Source of the DNA: Phycisphaerales bacterium
GTDB taxonomy: Bacteria > Planctomycetota > Phycisphaerae > Phycisphaerales > UBA1924
NCBI GenBank assembly: GCA_041750235.1
Contig: JBGSZV010000258.1
Span: forward strand, 1 to 52,275
Length of the DNA: 52,275 nt
Direction: 5' to 3'
In this document: positions 27,278 to 37,569 of the stretch, in pieces
Position numbering within the stretch: the stretch's first letter is position 1
Layout of the letters: each line of letters opens with the position of its first letter
The notes under the pieces: generated by a model
The model's input: the letters and a program-made list of their open reading frames with translations, nothing else
What the model was told of the DNA's origin: nothing
Databases searched by the model: none
Position numbers and translations under genes: made by a program

Positions 27278-29284
27278 GTGGCCCCCGCCATTATGAACCC
27301 TCTCCCACCCGATGTGCACCTGCCCGTCCTGAAGACTCGCCCCGCCAAAGGCCGGATCCCGCGTTGGCGCATCGCGTGCCTTGTCGCGGTCAATCTGCTG
27401 ATTCTCGCCCACATCCTGCACTGGCAGTTCGCGGGCAGGACCATGGCGTCGTGTCAGTTGTCGGACGCGATGCATACCCTCGAGCTCGGCGAGATCAATC
27501 CGGGCTTTGTGCTCCTTGGTCTGGCACTCCTCATCACACTCGTCTTCGGCCGCTTCTTCTGCGGATGGGCATGCCACATGGGAGCGCTGCAGGACGCCTG
27601 CGGCTGGCTGCTGCGCCGGTGCGGCATTCGCCCCGCGCCGCTGCGCTCCCGGCTGCTGGGGTACATCCCCATCCTGCTCGGGGTGTACATGTTCATCTGG
27701 CCATCGCTGAAGCGCGCCGCGCTCCTGCCGCTTCTTGAATCGGTCGCACCCTCCGCTGCTGCCTGGTTCAAGCCTGTCGCGCACGCCGACAACTTCTCGA
27801 TCGCGCTCACGACCAGCGACCTCTGGGAGCGTCTGCCGGGTGCGATCATCGCCGTCCCGTTCCTGCTCATCTGCGGCTGCGCGACTGTCTACTTCCTTGG
27901 AGCACGCGGTCTCTGCCGGTTCGGCTGCCCATACGCCGGACTCTTCAAGCCCGCCGCCGCACTCAGTCCCGGAGGCGTGGTTGTCGATCCGGCGCGATGC
28001 GACGGCTGCGGCCTGTGCACCGCCGCCTGCAGCCAGAACGTCCGCGTGCTGGATGAGACTCGCTTGTACGGCGCCGTCATCGATCCGGCCTGCATCCGTT
28101 CTCTCGATTGCCTGGCGGCCTGCCCGCAGAACGCCCTCTCGCTCCGCTCCGGCCCGCCGGTGATCGTGCGTCGCATCCGCAGCACAGGCCATGCTTCTGA
28201 CACCTCATGCATTCCATGGAAGCACGATGCTCTGCTTCTCGCAGCATTTGCCCTGTCGTTCTTCATCCTCCGCGGGCTCTACTCCACCATCCCGATGCTC
28301 ATGGCCGTCGGAATGGCACTGTGCGTGTCCGGCGTTTGCTGGCAGGCCATCCGGCTTATTCAAGAGCCCAACGTTGCCTTCCGGCGTTTGCAGTTCAAGC
28401 GCGCGGGACGCCTGCGACTCCCAGGACGTGTGCTGGTCGGCGCGCTCCTTGTCACCGTCCTGCTGTTGTCACACTCCGCCGCGATCCGCCTGCTGCTCTG
28501 GCGCGCACGGATCCTGGACGATCAGATCACCGCCACCCGCGATGAAGCGACGCAAGGGTTGGCCTCCGAGCTGGACCGCCAGCGCGCGAGCCGTGCGGAG
28601 AGCCTGTATCGTGCGGCCTCCTCGTGGACTTCGGGTGGCTTCGCGATGTTCGATTCTCCCGAGATCAACTTCCGATGCGCCTGGCTGCAGATGGTGCAGG
28701 GTCACCTCGATCAAGCCCAGGAGACGTTGATGCGCGCGCTCACCGTTCCCGCACAGACCGATGCCGCCGCCGCCGAACTCGCGAGCGTTCGATTTTCACA
28801 AGGCGACATGGACGGCACACTCCGCTTTCTCTTCGACGCTCACGCGAGTGCGGCGCGACCGGCCCCGAGAACATCACGCCTCCTCGCCGGCATGCTGTCC
28901 TCGCTGGGCGACACTGCCGGCGCCGAGCGCGTGCTCTGCTCTTCCGCCGAACGTTGGCCCGAGGACGCTGCCAGTCGTGCTGCGCTCGGCGAGTTCTTCC
29001 TCGCGACCGGTCGAACGGAGCTCGCCCTGCCGGAACTCAAGACCGCTGCCACGCTTCAGCCAAAGAACCCCGCAACCGCGCGACTCTTCGCTTTCGCCCT
29101 GCAACAGCAAGGCCAGCTCGACGCCGCGCTGGCACAGCTTCGGCGTGCGTCACGGCTGGACACACACAACGCAGAGCACGACGCCGCCCTGGGCGCCCAA
29201 TGGCTGGCCGCATCCGGTCGCGCCGAGGAATCAATCGCGTGGAAGAGCTCGGTGCATCGCGCTACCGAGACGTCAGAGCCCTGA
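27278..29284 (+). CDS. NapH/NosH-like polytopic 4Fe-4S membrane protein fused to C-terminal TPR repeats
   Basis: FFCGWACHMGALQ, CRFGCPYAG, CDGCGLCTAACSQNV, CIRSLDCLAACPQNA. Several TM segments. The C-terminal roughly 250 aa is TPR-like. Start is GTG 27278 or ATG 27293. Confidence 0.75.
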   Translation: MAPAIMNPLPPDVHLPVLKTRPAKGRIPRWRIACLVAVNLLILAHILHWQFAGRTMASCQLSDAMHTLELGEINPGFVLLGLALLITLVFGRFFCGWACHMGALQDACGWLLRRCGIRPAPLRSRLLGYIPILLGVYMFIWPSLKRAALLPLLESVAPSAAAWFKPVAHADNFSIALTTSDLWERLPGAIIAVPFLLICGCATVYFLGARGLCRFGCPYAGLFKPAAALSPGGVVVDPARCDGCGLCTAACSQNVRVLDETRLYGAVIDPACIRSLDCLAACPQNALSLRSGPPVIVRRIRSTGHASDTSCIPWKHDALLLAAFALSFFILRGLYSTIPMLMAVGMALCVSGVCWQAIRLIQEPNVAFRRLQFKRAGRLRLPGRVLVGALLVTVLLLSHSAAIRLLLWRARILDDQITATRDEATQGLASELDRQRASRAESLYRAASSWTSGGFAMFDSPEINFRCAWLQMVQGHLDQAQETLMRALTVPAQTDAAAAELASVRFSQGDMDGTLRFLFDAHASAARPAPRTSRLLAGMLSSLGDTAGAERVLCSSAERWPEDAASRAALGEFFLATGRTELALPELKTAATLQPKNPATARLFAFALQQQGQLDAALAQLRRASRLDTHNAEHDAALGAQWLAASGRAEESIAWKSSVHRATETSEP

Positions 29285-29372
29285 GCGGCCCTGCCCACCG
29301 GCTGGACCCTGAAAGTCCGATCACGGGCATCTCAGGCAGTTATCCACCGCCGCGAAACCTCAGGAATCGCTG

Positions 29373-29401
29373 TTGACTCCGACCCTTTGGGTCGATATAA
29401 C
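29373..29401 (+). promoter_or_regulatory. Candidate promoter for the cytochrome c - nosZ operon, with an inverted repeat in the spacer
   Basis: TTGACT - 17 nt - TATAAC. The spacer contains CCGACCC-TTT-GGGTCGA. Confidence 0.35.
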
Positions 29402-29464
29402 TATATACAACTCCAGTTATCTCTCATGCGACAGCGAAGGCTGGGCACTGACGGAGACCAAACA

Positions 29465-30421
29465 ATGCAGCTCGCACCAACCCCACGCCAGGCCGCGACC
29501 CTCCAAGCCGCCGTGCAGTGCGGTTCTACGCCAGCGTCCCGGGGTAGCGGACTCAGGGAATGCGGCATCGCCGCGCTCTGGGCCGTTCTGACAGCGGCCG
29601 TCATCGCCGCTCCCGGCGGGATTTCAATCTTCACTGATCTGCGCAACAAGGAGCGTGCCCGCCTCGCCGCCATCGAAGCCGCGCAGGCCTACGAACGCAT
29701 CGTCGCCGCTCCTGCGGCCGCGAGCCTTCCCCTCGAGCAGGCCGCCCATGGCCGCGATCTGTTCGCGACCACGTGCGTTGCCTGTCACGGCCCGACGGGC
29801 ACCGGTGTCACCGGGCTCGGCAAAAACCTCTGCGAGAGCGACTTCGTCGCCGCCACGAGCGATGCCGATCTCGTGCAGTTCATCATCACGGGCCGCGCCA
29901 CCGCCAACCCGCCCATGCCGCCGCGAGCCGGTCGTCCGGAACTCACCGATGCAGACATCGCAGACCTCGTCATCTACCTTCGCGGCCTGCAGGATGCACG
30001 GCGCATGCCCGAACTGCCGGAAATGGTGGTCGCCAAGGTGGAAGTCACCGCGGACGACAAAGCCAAGGCCCTCGAAGCCGCCGGCGGAGACGAGGAACTC
30101 GCGGGCTGGATCGCCAGCGGCAAGAAGATCTACGCCACGACCTGCATCGCCTGCCATGGACCCGACGGCACCGGTGTCAAGGGCAATGGCAAGCCGCTGA
30201 CGACCAGCGAGTTCGTCGCCTCGCTCAACGACGACGAACTCCTCGCCTTCATCTTGAAGGGTCGTGATCCGAGCGATCCAAAGAACACCACCGGCGTCGG
30301 CATGCCGCCCCGTGGCGGCAACCCAGCGCTCTCTGAGGACGATCTGCTCGACGTCATCTCTTACCTGCGTTCACTTCAGCTGGCCCAGACAGCCAAGCAG
30401 TCATCCGCATCAGCCAACTGA
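29465..30421 (+). CDS. Membrane-anchored diheme class I cytochrome c (NosC-like electron donor)
   Basis: Two CxxCH sites (CVACHGPTGTG, CIACHGPDGTG), each followed by a distal Met context (PPMPPR / GMPPRGG). One N-terminal TM helix. Confidence 0.8.
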   Translation: MQLAPTPRQAATLQAAVQCGSTPASRGSGLRECGIAALWAVLTAAVIAAPGGISIFTDLRNKERARLAAIEAAQAYERIVAAPAAASLPLEQAAHGRDLFATTCVACHGPTGTGVTGLGKNLCESDFVAATSDADLVQFIITGRATANPPMPPRAGRPELTDADIADLVIYLRGLQDARRMPELPEMVVAKVEVTADDKAKALEAAGGDEELAGWIASGKKIYATTCIACHGPDGTGVKGNGKPLTTSEFVASLNDDELLAFILKGRDPSDPKNTTGVGMPPRGGNPALSEDDLLDVISYLRSLQLAQTAKQSSASAN

Positions 30422-30481
30422 CCGTTCATGGCGCCGCGCTGCCGTGTGGAAGCGCCCCGCCCGAACCAAGGAGACCTCACC

Positions 30482-32578
30482 ATGACACGCGCCCCCCGGA
30501 ACAGGGCCGTACTCTCGATGCTCACACTCTCGCTCGCCGCGGGGGCTGTCTTGCAAGCAACGGCGCCCGATGCCATCGCGCAAACGGAAGGCCGACGTCG
30601 TCGAAGCTCGTCTCAGGAAGCAAAGCCCGTCGAGCTCACCGCCGAGCAAGTCGGCATGCTCACCAAGCTCGCCAACGAGCGCAAGCTCAACGTCGATGAC
30701 CTCATGGCCGCCGCCAAGACGTACCTCCCCAGCGGACGCCACGACGAATACGTCCTCTTCTCCTCGGGCGGCCAGAGCGGCCAGATCTTCGCGATCGGCG
30801 TCCCCAGCATGCGCCTCCTGCGCTCGATCGCCGTCTTCACCCCTGAATCCTGGCAGGGCTACGGATTCGCCGGCATGGATGACCCTGTCCTCGAGCAGCT
30901 CAAGATCAATGACAAGCTCGTCGCCTGGGGCGATACCCACCATCCGGCGCTCTCGGAAACCAACGGCGAGTACGACGGCCAGTTCCTCTTCATCGGCGAC
31001 AAGGCCAACGCACGCCTGGGCATCATCGATCTGCGCGACTGGGAAACCAAGCAGATCGTCAAGAACCCGCTCACCATCAGCGACCACGGCGCTGCGTTTG
31101 TGACGCCCAACACTGACTACATCGTCGAGGGCGGCCAGTACGCGACCGTCCTGGGCTACGGCTACGCGCCGCCCGAGGAGTACCAAAAGTCCTACCGCGG
31201 CATGGTCACCCTCTGGAAGTTCGATCGCGCCAAGGGCCGCGTAGACACCGCCAAGTCCTTCGCGATCGAACTCCCGCCCTACTGGCAGGACCTTGCCGAC
31301 GCGGGCAAAAACGCCAGCGACGGCTTCATCTTCATCAACTCCTTCAACACCGAGATGGCTGTTGGCGGCATCGAGAAGGGCAACCCGCCCTTCGAGGCCG
31401 GGGCCAGCAAGCGCGACATGGACTATCTCCACATCATCGACTGGAAGAAGGCCGAGCAGGCCTTCGCCGCCGGCAAAGCCAAGATGATCAACGGCTTCCC
31501 CGTGCTCCCGCTCGAAATCACATCCGCCGAGGGCATTCTCCACTTCACACCCGAGCCCAAGAGCCCGCACGGCGTCGATGTCACCCCCGACGGCAAGTTC
31601 ATGGTCGTCGCCGGCAAGCTCGACCCCCACGTCACCGTTTACTCCATCGACAAGATCAAGTCAGCCATCGCCGAGAAGAAGTTCAGTGGTACGGACGCCT
31701 ACGGCGTTCATATCCTGGATTTCGACTCGGTCCGCGAAGCACAGGTCGAACTCGGCCTTGGCCCGCTGCACACCCAGTTCGATGACAAGGGCTACGCATA
31801 CACATCGCTCTTCCTTGACTCTGCCGTTGCACGCTGGAGCTTGGGCGGTGACTACGCCAAACTCCACAGCGAGCAGCCGTGGAAGCTCGTGCACAAGACG
31901 CCCGTTCAGTACAACATCGGCCACCTCTGCGCCGCCGAAGGCGATACCACCACCCCAGACGGTCGCTTCCTGATCTCGATGTCCAAGTGGTCGGTCGACC
32001 GTTTCCTCAACACCGGCCCCCTGCTCCCGCAGAACTTCCAGCTCCTCGACATCGCCGCGCCGGGAACCACCATGCCGGTGATCTACGACCTCCCCATCGG
32101 CGTCGGCGAGCCCCACTACTGCCAGATGATCAAGGCCGACAAACTCAAGACCTGGAACGTCTACCCCGAGGTCGGCTGGAACCCGCACACGCAGATGCTC
32201 GATCCACGCTCGCCCAAGAAGGGACAAGAAGGCGTGGTGCGCGACGGCAACAAGGTCACCGTCAACATGACCGCCATCCGCAGCCACTTCAATCCTGAGC
32301 ACGTCGAGGTCAACCAGGGCGATGAGGTCACATGGCGCATCGTGGCCATGGAGACCACACCCGACGCCACCCACGGCTTCTGCATCGGCGCGTACAACAT
32401 CAACCTCTCCCTGGAGCCCGGCGAGTTCACCGAGTTCAAGTTCATCGCAGACGAGCCCGGAACCTATCCCTTCTACTGCACCGAATTCTGCTCCGCGCTG
32501 CACCTTGAAATGATGGGCTATCTGCACATCAAGCCGACGGCCGCGCAGTCGTCCGCTTCCAATCCCTCAGACAACTGA
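30482..32578 (+). CDS. nosZ: Nitrous-oxide reductase NosZ, Sec-type (clade II) signal peptide
   Basis: Beta-propeller body (HGVDVTPDGKFMVVAGKLDPHVTVY) and CuA motif FYCTEFCSALHLEMMGY. The signal peptide MTRAPRNRAVLSML lacks a twin-Arg motif. AAGGAG SD. Confidence 0.93.
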   Translation: MTRAPRNRAVLSMLTLSLAAGAVLQATAPDAIAQTEGRRRRSSSQEAKPVELTAEQVGMLTKLANERKLNVDDLMAAAKTYLPSGRHDEYVLFSSGGQSGQIFAIGVPSMRLLRSIAVFTPESWQGYGFAGMDDPVLEQLKINDKLVAWGDTHHPALSETNGEYDGQFLFIGDKANARLGIIDLRDWETKQIVKNPLTISDHGAAFVTPNTDYIVEGGQYATVLGYGYAPPEEYQKSYRGMVTLWKFDRAKGRVDTAKSFAIELPPYWQDLADAGKNASDGFIFINSFNTEMAVGGIEKGNPPFEAGASKRDMDYLHIIDWKKAEQAFAAGKAKMINGFPVLPLEITSAEGILHFTPEPKSPHGVDVTPDGKFMVVAGKLDPHVTVYSIDKIKSAIAEKKFSGTDAYGVHILDFDSVREAQVELGLGPLHTQFDDKGYAYTSLFLDSAVARWSLGGDYAKLHSEQPWKLVHKTPVQYNIGHLCAAEGDTTTPDGRFLISMSKWSVDRFLNTGPLLPQNFQLLDIAAPGTTMPVIYDLPIGVGEPHYCQMIKADKLKTWNVYPEVGWNPHTQMLDPRSPKKGQEGVVRDGNKVTVNMTAIRSHFNPEHVEVNQGDEVTWRIVAMETTPDATHGFCIGAYNINLSLEPGEFTEFKFIADEPGTYPFYCTEFCSALHLEMMGYLHIKPTAAQSSASNPSDN

Positions 32579-32664
32579 CACCGCAGCGTCCGCGCCGAGC
32601 GAAAGCCCCGCGCGGGCATTGATCCGCACATTCAGGTCGCAACAACGGTGCAAGGAAACCACCC

Positions 32665-33339
32665 ATGTCCCGCATCGCAAACTATCTCATCGGCCCGCGA
32701 ATTCCTCTGGAAGAACTCCAGGCTCATCGCTGGCGATACCTCACACCCACGTTCATCCTCATGCTCGCGCGTGTCCTCCTGCTCCTTTCAATTTTCCTTC
32801 CCTACTGGCACATGGAGCTCGAAGCTCCGCAGTACCCCAACGGCCTGTTTCTCACCGCGTACGTCAATCACCTGCAGGGCGATGTCAAGGAGATCGACGG
32901 CCTCAACCACTACATCGGCATGCGTCCGCTCGAACAGGCCGCCGCGTTCGAGCGGGCCGCTTCGGTGTGGCTGATCGTCGCCATGTTCCTTCTCGTTGAA
33001 GGCGCGGCATTCATTCACAGCAAGTGGGCCGTGCTCCTCGCACTTCCCGCCGTCGGCTTCCCCGCCGGCTTCCTCGTGGACCTCCACTTCTGGATGAAGA
33101 CCTTTGGCCAGAACCTCGACCCCTCGGCGCCGCTGTCGGCGTCCGTCAAGCCGTTTATCCCAACCGTACTCGGCGAGGGAGGCATCGGACAGTTCAAGAC
33201 CTACGCGGACCTCGGATGGGGCTACTGGCTTGCCGTGGGCTGTGCCGTCCTGACCATCATCGGCTTTGTCTTCCACCGTCGCGCGTATCGCCCGCTCTAC
33301 CTCAGGACTCTCCGCGAATCGGCCGCCGGTGTCGCATGA
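32665..33339 (+). CDS. NosB-like integral membrane protein (clade II nos accessory)
   Basis: Multi-TM protein located directly between nosZ and nosD. ATGA coupling to nosD. Confidence 0.6.
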   Translation: MSRIANYLIGPRIPLEELQAHRWRYLTPTFILMLARVLLLLSIFLPYWHMELEAPQYPNGLFLTAYVNHLQGDVKEIDGLNHYIGMRPLEQAAAFERAASVWLIVAMFLLVEGAAFIHSKWAVLLALPAVGFPAGFLVDLHFWMKTFGQNLDPSAPLSASVKPFIPTVLGEGGIGQFKTYADLGWGYWLAVGCAVLTIIGFVFHRRAYRPLYLRTLRESAAGVA

Positions 33340-34772
33340 ACACGCGAAACTTCCCCATTCACTGCTTTTCGCTTCTGCTCGCGCTGGCAGGTTCCAACCC
33401 TGTGCTCGCCCAGGAGCACGCCGCGCCCACCTCCATCGCGCCGCGTCCAGCATCACTGCCACTCGGCCAGATCGGGCGCCGCATCGAAGCCGCGCCGGAG
33501 GGATCCATCATCACCGTCGAACCCGGCATCTACCGTGAGCACCTTCGAATCACAAAGCCAATCACCCTTCGCGCACGTCCCGGCGCGGTGATCGACGGCG
33601 ACGGAAGCGGCGACATCATCGAAATCACCGCGCCGGATGTCATCATCGACGGCTTCACCATCCGCAATACCGGCATTGACCTCGACCAGGAGAACGCCGC
33701 CATCCGCGCGCTCGCCCCGCGGGTCACCATCGAGAACAACACCCTCGAAGACATCCTCTTTGGCATCGACCTCCGCGAAGCACCCGGCAGTGTCATCCGC
33801 GGAAATCGCATCGGAGGCAAGAACCTCGATTCAGCACGCCGCGGTGACGGCCTCCGCCTCTGGCGCTCCGACGACACCATCGTCGAGTCCAACACCATCC
33901 ACGACGGACGCGACGCCATCCTCTGGTACTCCAAGGGTGTGACTGTCCGCAACAATACCGTCCATGACAGCCGCTACGGCCTGCACCTCATGTACAGCGA
34001 CGATGTGCGGATCGAGGGCAACCGGCTGACCGCCAACTCCGTAGGCGTGTACCTCATGTACAGCGCGGGCGTGGAACTCCGCCACAACATCCTCATCCGC
34101 AACCGCGGGCCCAGCGGCTACGGGATCGGCCTCAAGGAAACGGACCGATTCACTGTCTCGGACAACCTCATCTCCGGCAACCGCGTCGGCATCTACATCG
34201 ATGGCTCGCCCTTCACTGACAAGCAGCCCGGACTCTTCAGGGGCAACACCCTCGCCTTCAACGACATCGGCATCACCTTCCTCCCGTCGGCCAAAGGCAA
34301 CCTCCTCGCAGGCAACAACTTTGTAGACAACATCGATCAGATCAGCGTCGCGGGACGCGGCAATCTCGATGCGAATCAGTTCTGGGATGGCGAGCGCGGG
34401 AACTTCTGGAGCGACTACACCGGGTACGACCTCAACGGTGATGGCGTCGGCGACTTCGTTCACGAATCCCAGACGCTCTTCGAGAACCTGCTCGACCGCG
34501 AACCCCGCCTTCGTCTGTTCCTCTTCAGCCCCGCGCAGCAAGCGATCGAGTTCGTCGGACGCGCCGTTCCCGCGATCCGCCCAGAGCCCAAGTTCACGGA
34601 CGAGGTCCCTCTCATGCACCCCGTCCCGATCGACATACCGGGCGTCGCTCAAGGCCGTCGATCCTGGTCCATGCTCGGCGCGAGTGCGGCGCTCCTTGTT
34701 CTCGGAGCCTTGATCACATGCATCGGACGCGGCCCAGCCTTCTGCAAGTCACGCAACGGAGCCACTCCATGA
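33336..34772 (+). CDS. nosD: NosD, periplasmic parallel beta-helix copper-processing protein
   Basis: Signal peptide, then repeated beta-helix units (IENNTLEDILFGIDL, VRNNTVHDSRYGLHLMYS, IEGNRLTANSVGVYLMYS, ISGNRVGIYID). Confidence 0.88.
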   Translation: MNTRNFPIHCFSLLLALAGSNPVLAQEHAAPTSIAPRPASLPLGQIGRRIEAAPEGSIITVEPGIYREHLRITKPITLRARPGAVIDGDGSGDIIEITAPDVIIDGFTIRNTGIDLDQENAAIRALAPRVTIENNTLEDILFGIDLREAPGSVIRGNRIGGKNLDSARRGDGLRLWRSDDTIVESNTIHDGRDAILWYSKGVTVRNNTVHDSRYGLHLMYSDDVRIEGNRLTANSVGVYLMYSAGVELRHNILIRNRGPSGYGIGLKETDRFTVSDNLISGNRVGIYIDGSPFTDKQPGLFRGNTLAFNDIGITFLPSAKGNLLAGNNFVDNIDQISVAGRGNLDANQFWDGERGNFWSDYTGYDLNGDGVGDFVHESQTLFENLLDREPRLRLFLFSPAQQAIEFVGRAVPAIRPEPKFTDEVPLMHPVPIDIPGVAQGRRSWSMLGASAALLVLGALITCIGRGPAFCKSRNGATP

Positions 34773-35668
34773 TCCAGATCCACCAGGTCACGCGGAAGTT
34801 CGGTCGGGCCCGTGCCGTGGACAACCTCTCGCTCGACATCCCCGCCGGCGCCAGCGTCGCGCTCTGGGGCGCCAATGGCGCCGGAAAGACCACGCTCATT
34901 CGCTGCGTCCTTGGCCTGCTCCGATTCAAGGGACGCATCACTGTTGGCGGGCACGACGTGACGCGTCACGGCAAGGCCGCGCGCATGCTCATCGGCTATG
35001 TGCCCCAGGAACTCGGCTTCTACGACGACCTCCGCGCCGCCGAGTCGCTCCGATTCTTTGGACGACTCAAGGGACTGAACACACATTCGTCCAGTGAGTC
35101 GCTCGCCCGGGTCGGCTTGGAGGGGCAGGACCACAAGCGGATCCGCGAACTCTCGGGCGGCATGAAGCAGCGCCTCGCGCTCGCCATCGCCATGCAGGGG
35201 GATCCGCCCGTGCTCGTGCTCGACGAAGTCACCGCCAGCCTCGACGCCTGCGGCCGCGCGGAGTTCATCCGGCTCCTCTCCAGGCTCTCGAACGACGGCC
35301 GCACGATGCTCTTTGCGTCCCATCGCATCGAAGAAGTCAGCACGCTCGCGTCACGCGTCATCCTCTTTGAGAAAGGACGCATCCAAGACCAGTGCGCCTC
35401 CCACGAACTTGCCGATCGCATCGGCTCCTCCTCGATTCTGCACCTGGTCCTCCAGCCGCCGGTGCGCGAACTTGCCATGACCGCACTCCGCACCGGCGGC
35501 TTCTCCCCGCGGATGAACGGCGTGGGGATCGTCGTCCCCGTACCCGCCGAGCAGAAGGCCGCACCCTTCCGGCTCCTCGCCGAAGCACGGATCACCATCG
35601 ACGACTTCGAGCTCATGGCCGCCGGGGCTGAACACACCAGCCACCCTCGCATGGAGGCCGCCCAATGA
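34769..35668 (+). CDS. nosF: NosF, ABC transporter ATPase
   Basis: Walker A GANGAGKTT, signature LSGGMKQRL, Walker B VLVLDE. ATGA overlaps on both sides. Confidence 0.88.
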   Translation: MIQIHQVTRKFGRARAVDNLSLDIPAGASVALWGANGAGKTTLIRCVLGLLRFKGRITVGGHDVTRHGKAARMLIGYVPQELGFYDDLRAAESLRFFGRLKGLNTHSSSESLARVGLEGQDHKRIRELSGGMKQRLALAIAMQGDPPVLVLDEVTASLDACGRAEFIRLLSRLSNDGRTMLFASHRIEEVSTLASRVILFEKGRIQDQCASHELADRIGSSSILHLVLQPPVRELAMTALRTGGFSPRMNGVGIVVPVPAEQKAAPFRLLAEARITIDDFELMAAGAEHTSHPRMEAAQ

Positions 35669-36540
35669 CCGCGCTCTCAACGACGCTTGTGACTCATGCA
35701 CGCCCGCCCTCGGCGATCCGCAACATTCGAACCATCGCCGGCCGCGAGCTTCGCGAGAGCCTCCGCAGCCGCTGGTTCATCCTCTACACAATCGCATTCG
35801 CGGTGCTAGGTCTGGGCATTTCATTCGTCTCCGCAGCCGGCGCGGGCGGGCTCGGGCTCTCAGGCTACGGCCGCACAACCGCCGGTCTCATCAATCTGGT
35901 GCTCCTGGTCGTGCCGCTCATGGCGCTCACCGCCGGCGCAGGCTCCATCGCCTCCGATCGCGAGCGGGGCATGCTCCCCTATCTCCTCGCCCAGCCGCTC
36001 GCCCGCTTCGAACTCCTGCTCGGCAAGTATCTGGGACTCGCCGCGGCGCTGGCCGCCTGTCTGTCCCTCGGCCTTGGCGCGTGCGCCGGCATCCTCGCAT
36101 GGAAGGGCGGCGGCTCGCAGCCCGCCGCGATGCTCTGGCTCGCCGGTCTTTCACTCTTGCTCGCGCTGGGCATGCTCAGTGTGGGAATGCTCATCTCAAC
36201 GCTCGCTCGCCGAGCGTCCATGGCCATCGGAGTCGCCATCTTCCTCTGGCTCGCGCTGGTCTTCGTGAGTGATCTTGCCCTCATGGCCGGCGCGATCGCA
36301 ATGCGGTTCCGCATCGAAGAACTCTTCGCCCTCAGCCTCGTCAATCCGCTTCAGGTCTTCAAGATGTGGTCGCTCCACGCGGTGGACGCGACCCTCGACG
36401 TCCTCGGACCCGCCGGTCTGTACGCCATGGACGAGTACGCCGACCGGCTCCACCTCATCTTCGGCGCCTGCCTCGCGGTGTGGATCTTCCTCCCGCTCGC
36501 GCTCGCCGTCGTCGTCTTCTCTCGGAGGTCGCCGTTATGA
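35665..36540 (+). CDS. nosY: NosY, ABC-2 type permease
   Basis: Six predicted TM segments, positioned between nosF and nosL. Confidence 0.85.
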   Translation: MTALSTTLVTHARPPSAIRNIRTIAGRELRESLRSRWFILYTIAFAVLGLGISFVSAAGAGGLGLSGYGRTTAGLINLVLLVVPLMALTAGAGSIASDRERGMLPYLLAQPLARFELLLGKYLGLAAALAACLSLGLGACAGILAWKGGGSQPAAMLWLAGLSLLLALGMLSVGMLISTLARRASMAIGVAIFLWLALVFVSDLALMAGAIAMRFRIEELFALSLVNPLQVFKMWSLHAVDATLDVLGPAGLYAMDEYADRLHLIFGACLAVWIFLPLALAVVVFSRRSPL

Positions 36541-37061
36541 ACCGCCGATCCCTACTCCGGCTGTCCGCCGTCGCTCTTTGCTTGCTTCCAACACTGCTCC
36601 TGGCCGGCGGCTGCGACCGCGCCGAACTCAACGGCCCGCCCGATCTTCGCGTCGGGCGCGACGAGTGCGGTGAATGCGGCATGATCATCAACGAGGACCG
36701 CTGCTCCTGTGCCTTTCTCATCGAGCGCGAGGGCGTTCGCGAACACGTCATGTTCGACGACATTGGTTGCCTGCTCGACTTCGAGCACCAGTCCAACGAG
36801 GGAGTGCGAATCATCGACGGCTTCGTCCGTGATCACGCCTCCCGCGCCTGGGTTCCGGTCGATACCGCCGCCTTCCTGATGGCCGACCGCGAGATCCTCA
36901 AGACGCCGATGGGCTCGGGGATCGTCGCCTTCGGCACGCGCGCGGACGCCCAATCGCTGCGAGCGAGCGTCGGCGGCGAGATCCTCGACTACCAGCAACT
37001 CCGACCGGCACGCCGCGCTTGGATGGAAGCCCGCTTCGGCAAGGAACGTCCAGCATCGTGA
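36537..37061 (+). CDS. nosL: NosL, copper-chaperone lipoprotein
   Basis: Lipobox LLAGGC, CGECGM motif, and a MGSGIVAF segment typical of NosL. Confidence 0.8.
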   Translation: MNRRSLLRLSAVALCLLPTLLLAGGCDRAELNGPPDLRVGRDECGECGMIINEDRCSCAFLIEREGVREHVMFDDIGCLLDFEHQSNEGVRIIDGFVRDHASRAWVPVDTAAFLMADREILKTPMGSGIVAFGTRADAQSLRASVGGEILDYQQLRPARRAWMEARFGKERPAS

Positions 37062-37089
37062 TGCGATGATGCAGCACCGGAGGTGAAAC

Positions 37090-37569
37090 ATGCTCTCCCA
37101 GACAGTCGAGTACGCACTGCGGGCCATGATCTACCTCGCTTCTTTCGGCGATTCGGCCGTCAACTGCGAAACCCTCTCCGGTCAGACACGCGTCCCCGCC
37201 GGCTATCTCTCCAAGGTCATGCGCGATCTGGTCTGCGCCAACCTCGTTCGCTCCTACCGCGGGCCGCACGGCGGATTCACAATCGCTCGCCATCCGGACA
37301 CCATCTCTCTTCTTGACGTGGTGAACGCCGTGGACCCAATCCACCGTATCGGGAGCTGCCCCCTCGACAACCCCCTCCATTCAACGCTCTGTCCCTTGCA
37401 CAAGCGCCTCGACGACGCCATCGAGCACGTCGAACGCACGTTCCGTGAAACCTCTCTCGGCTCCGTGCTCTCCGGCCCCGGCGGCACGGGCGCCTGCAAA
37501 GCCCTCTTTCCCTCCCGCCCAACCGCACGACCGAACGCAGGAGAGCCCAGCAATGACAACCACCATTGA
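37090..37569 (+). CDS. Rrf2-family transcriptional regulator (paralog 1)
   Basis: MLSQTVEYALRAMIYLA...GYLSKVMRDL winged HTH. Cys cluster SCPLDNPLHSTLCPLH. Confidence 0.85.
   Translation: MLSQTVEYALRAMIYLASFGDSAVNCETLSGQTRVPAGYLSKVMRDLVCANLVRSYRGPHGGFTIARHPDTISLLDVVNAVDPIHRIGSCPLDNPLHSTLCPLHKRLDDAIEHVERTFRETSLGSVLSGPGGTGACKALFPSRPTARPNAGEPSNDNHH

Noticed and set aside
30410-31630. Long antisense ORFs opposite well-supported genes. Examples are 30410-31630 opposite nosZ, 25544-26524 opposite the cytochrome, 27197-28192 opposite the NapH-like gene, 5419-6237 opposite HARE-HTH, and 33831-34652 opposite nosD.
   Set aside because: High-GC genomes generate stop-free shadow frames. Their translations are low-complexity (R/A/G/P-rich) with no motifs, while the sense-strand genes carry clear family signatures.
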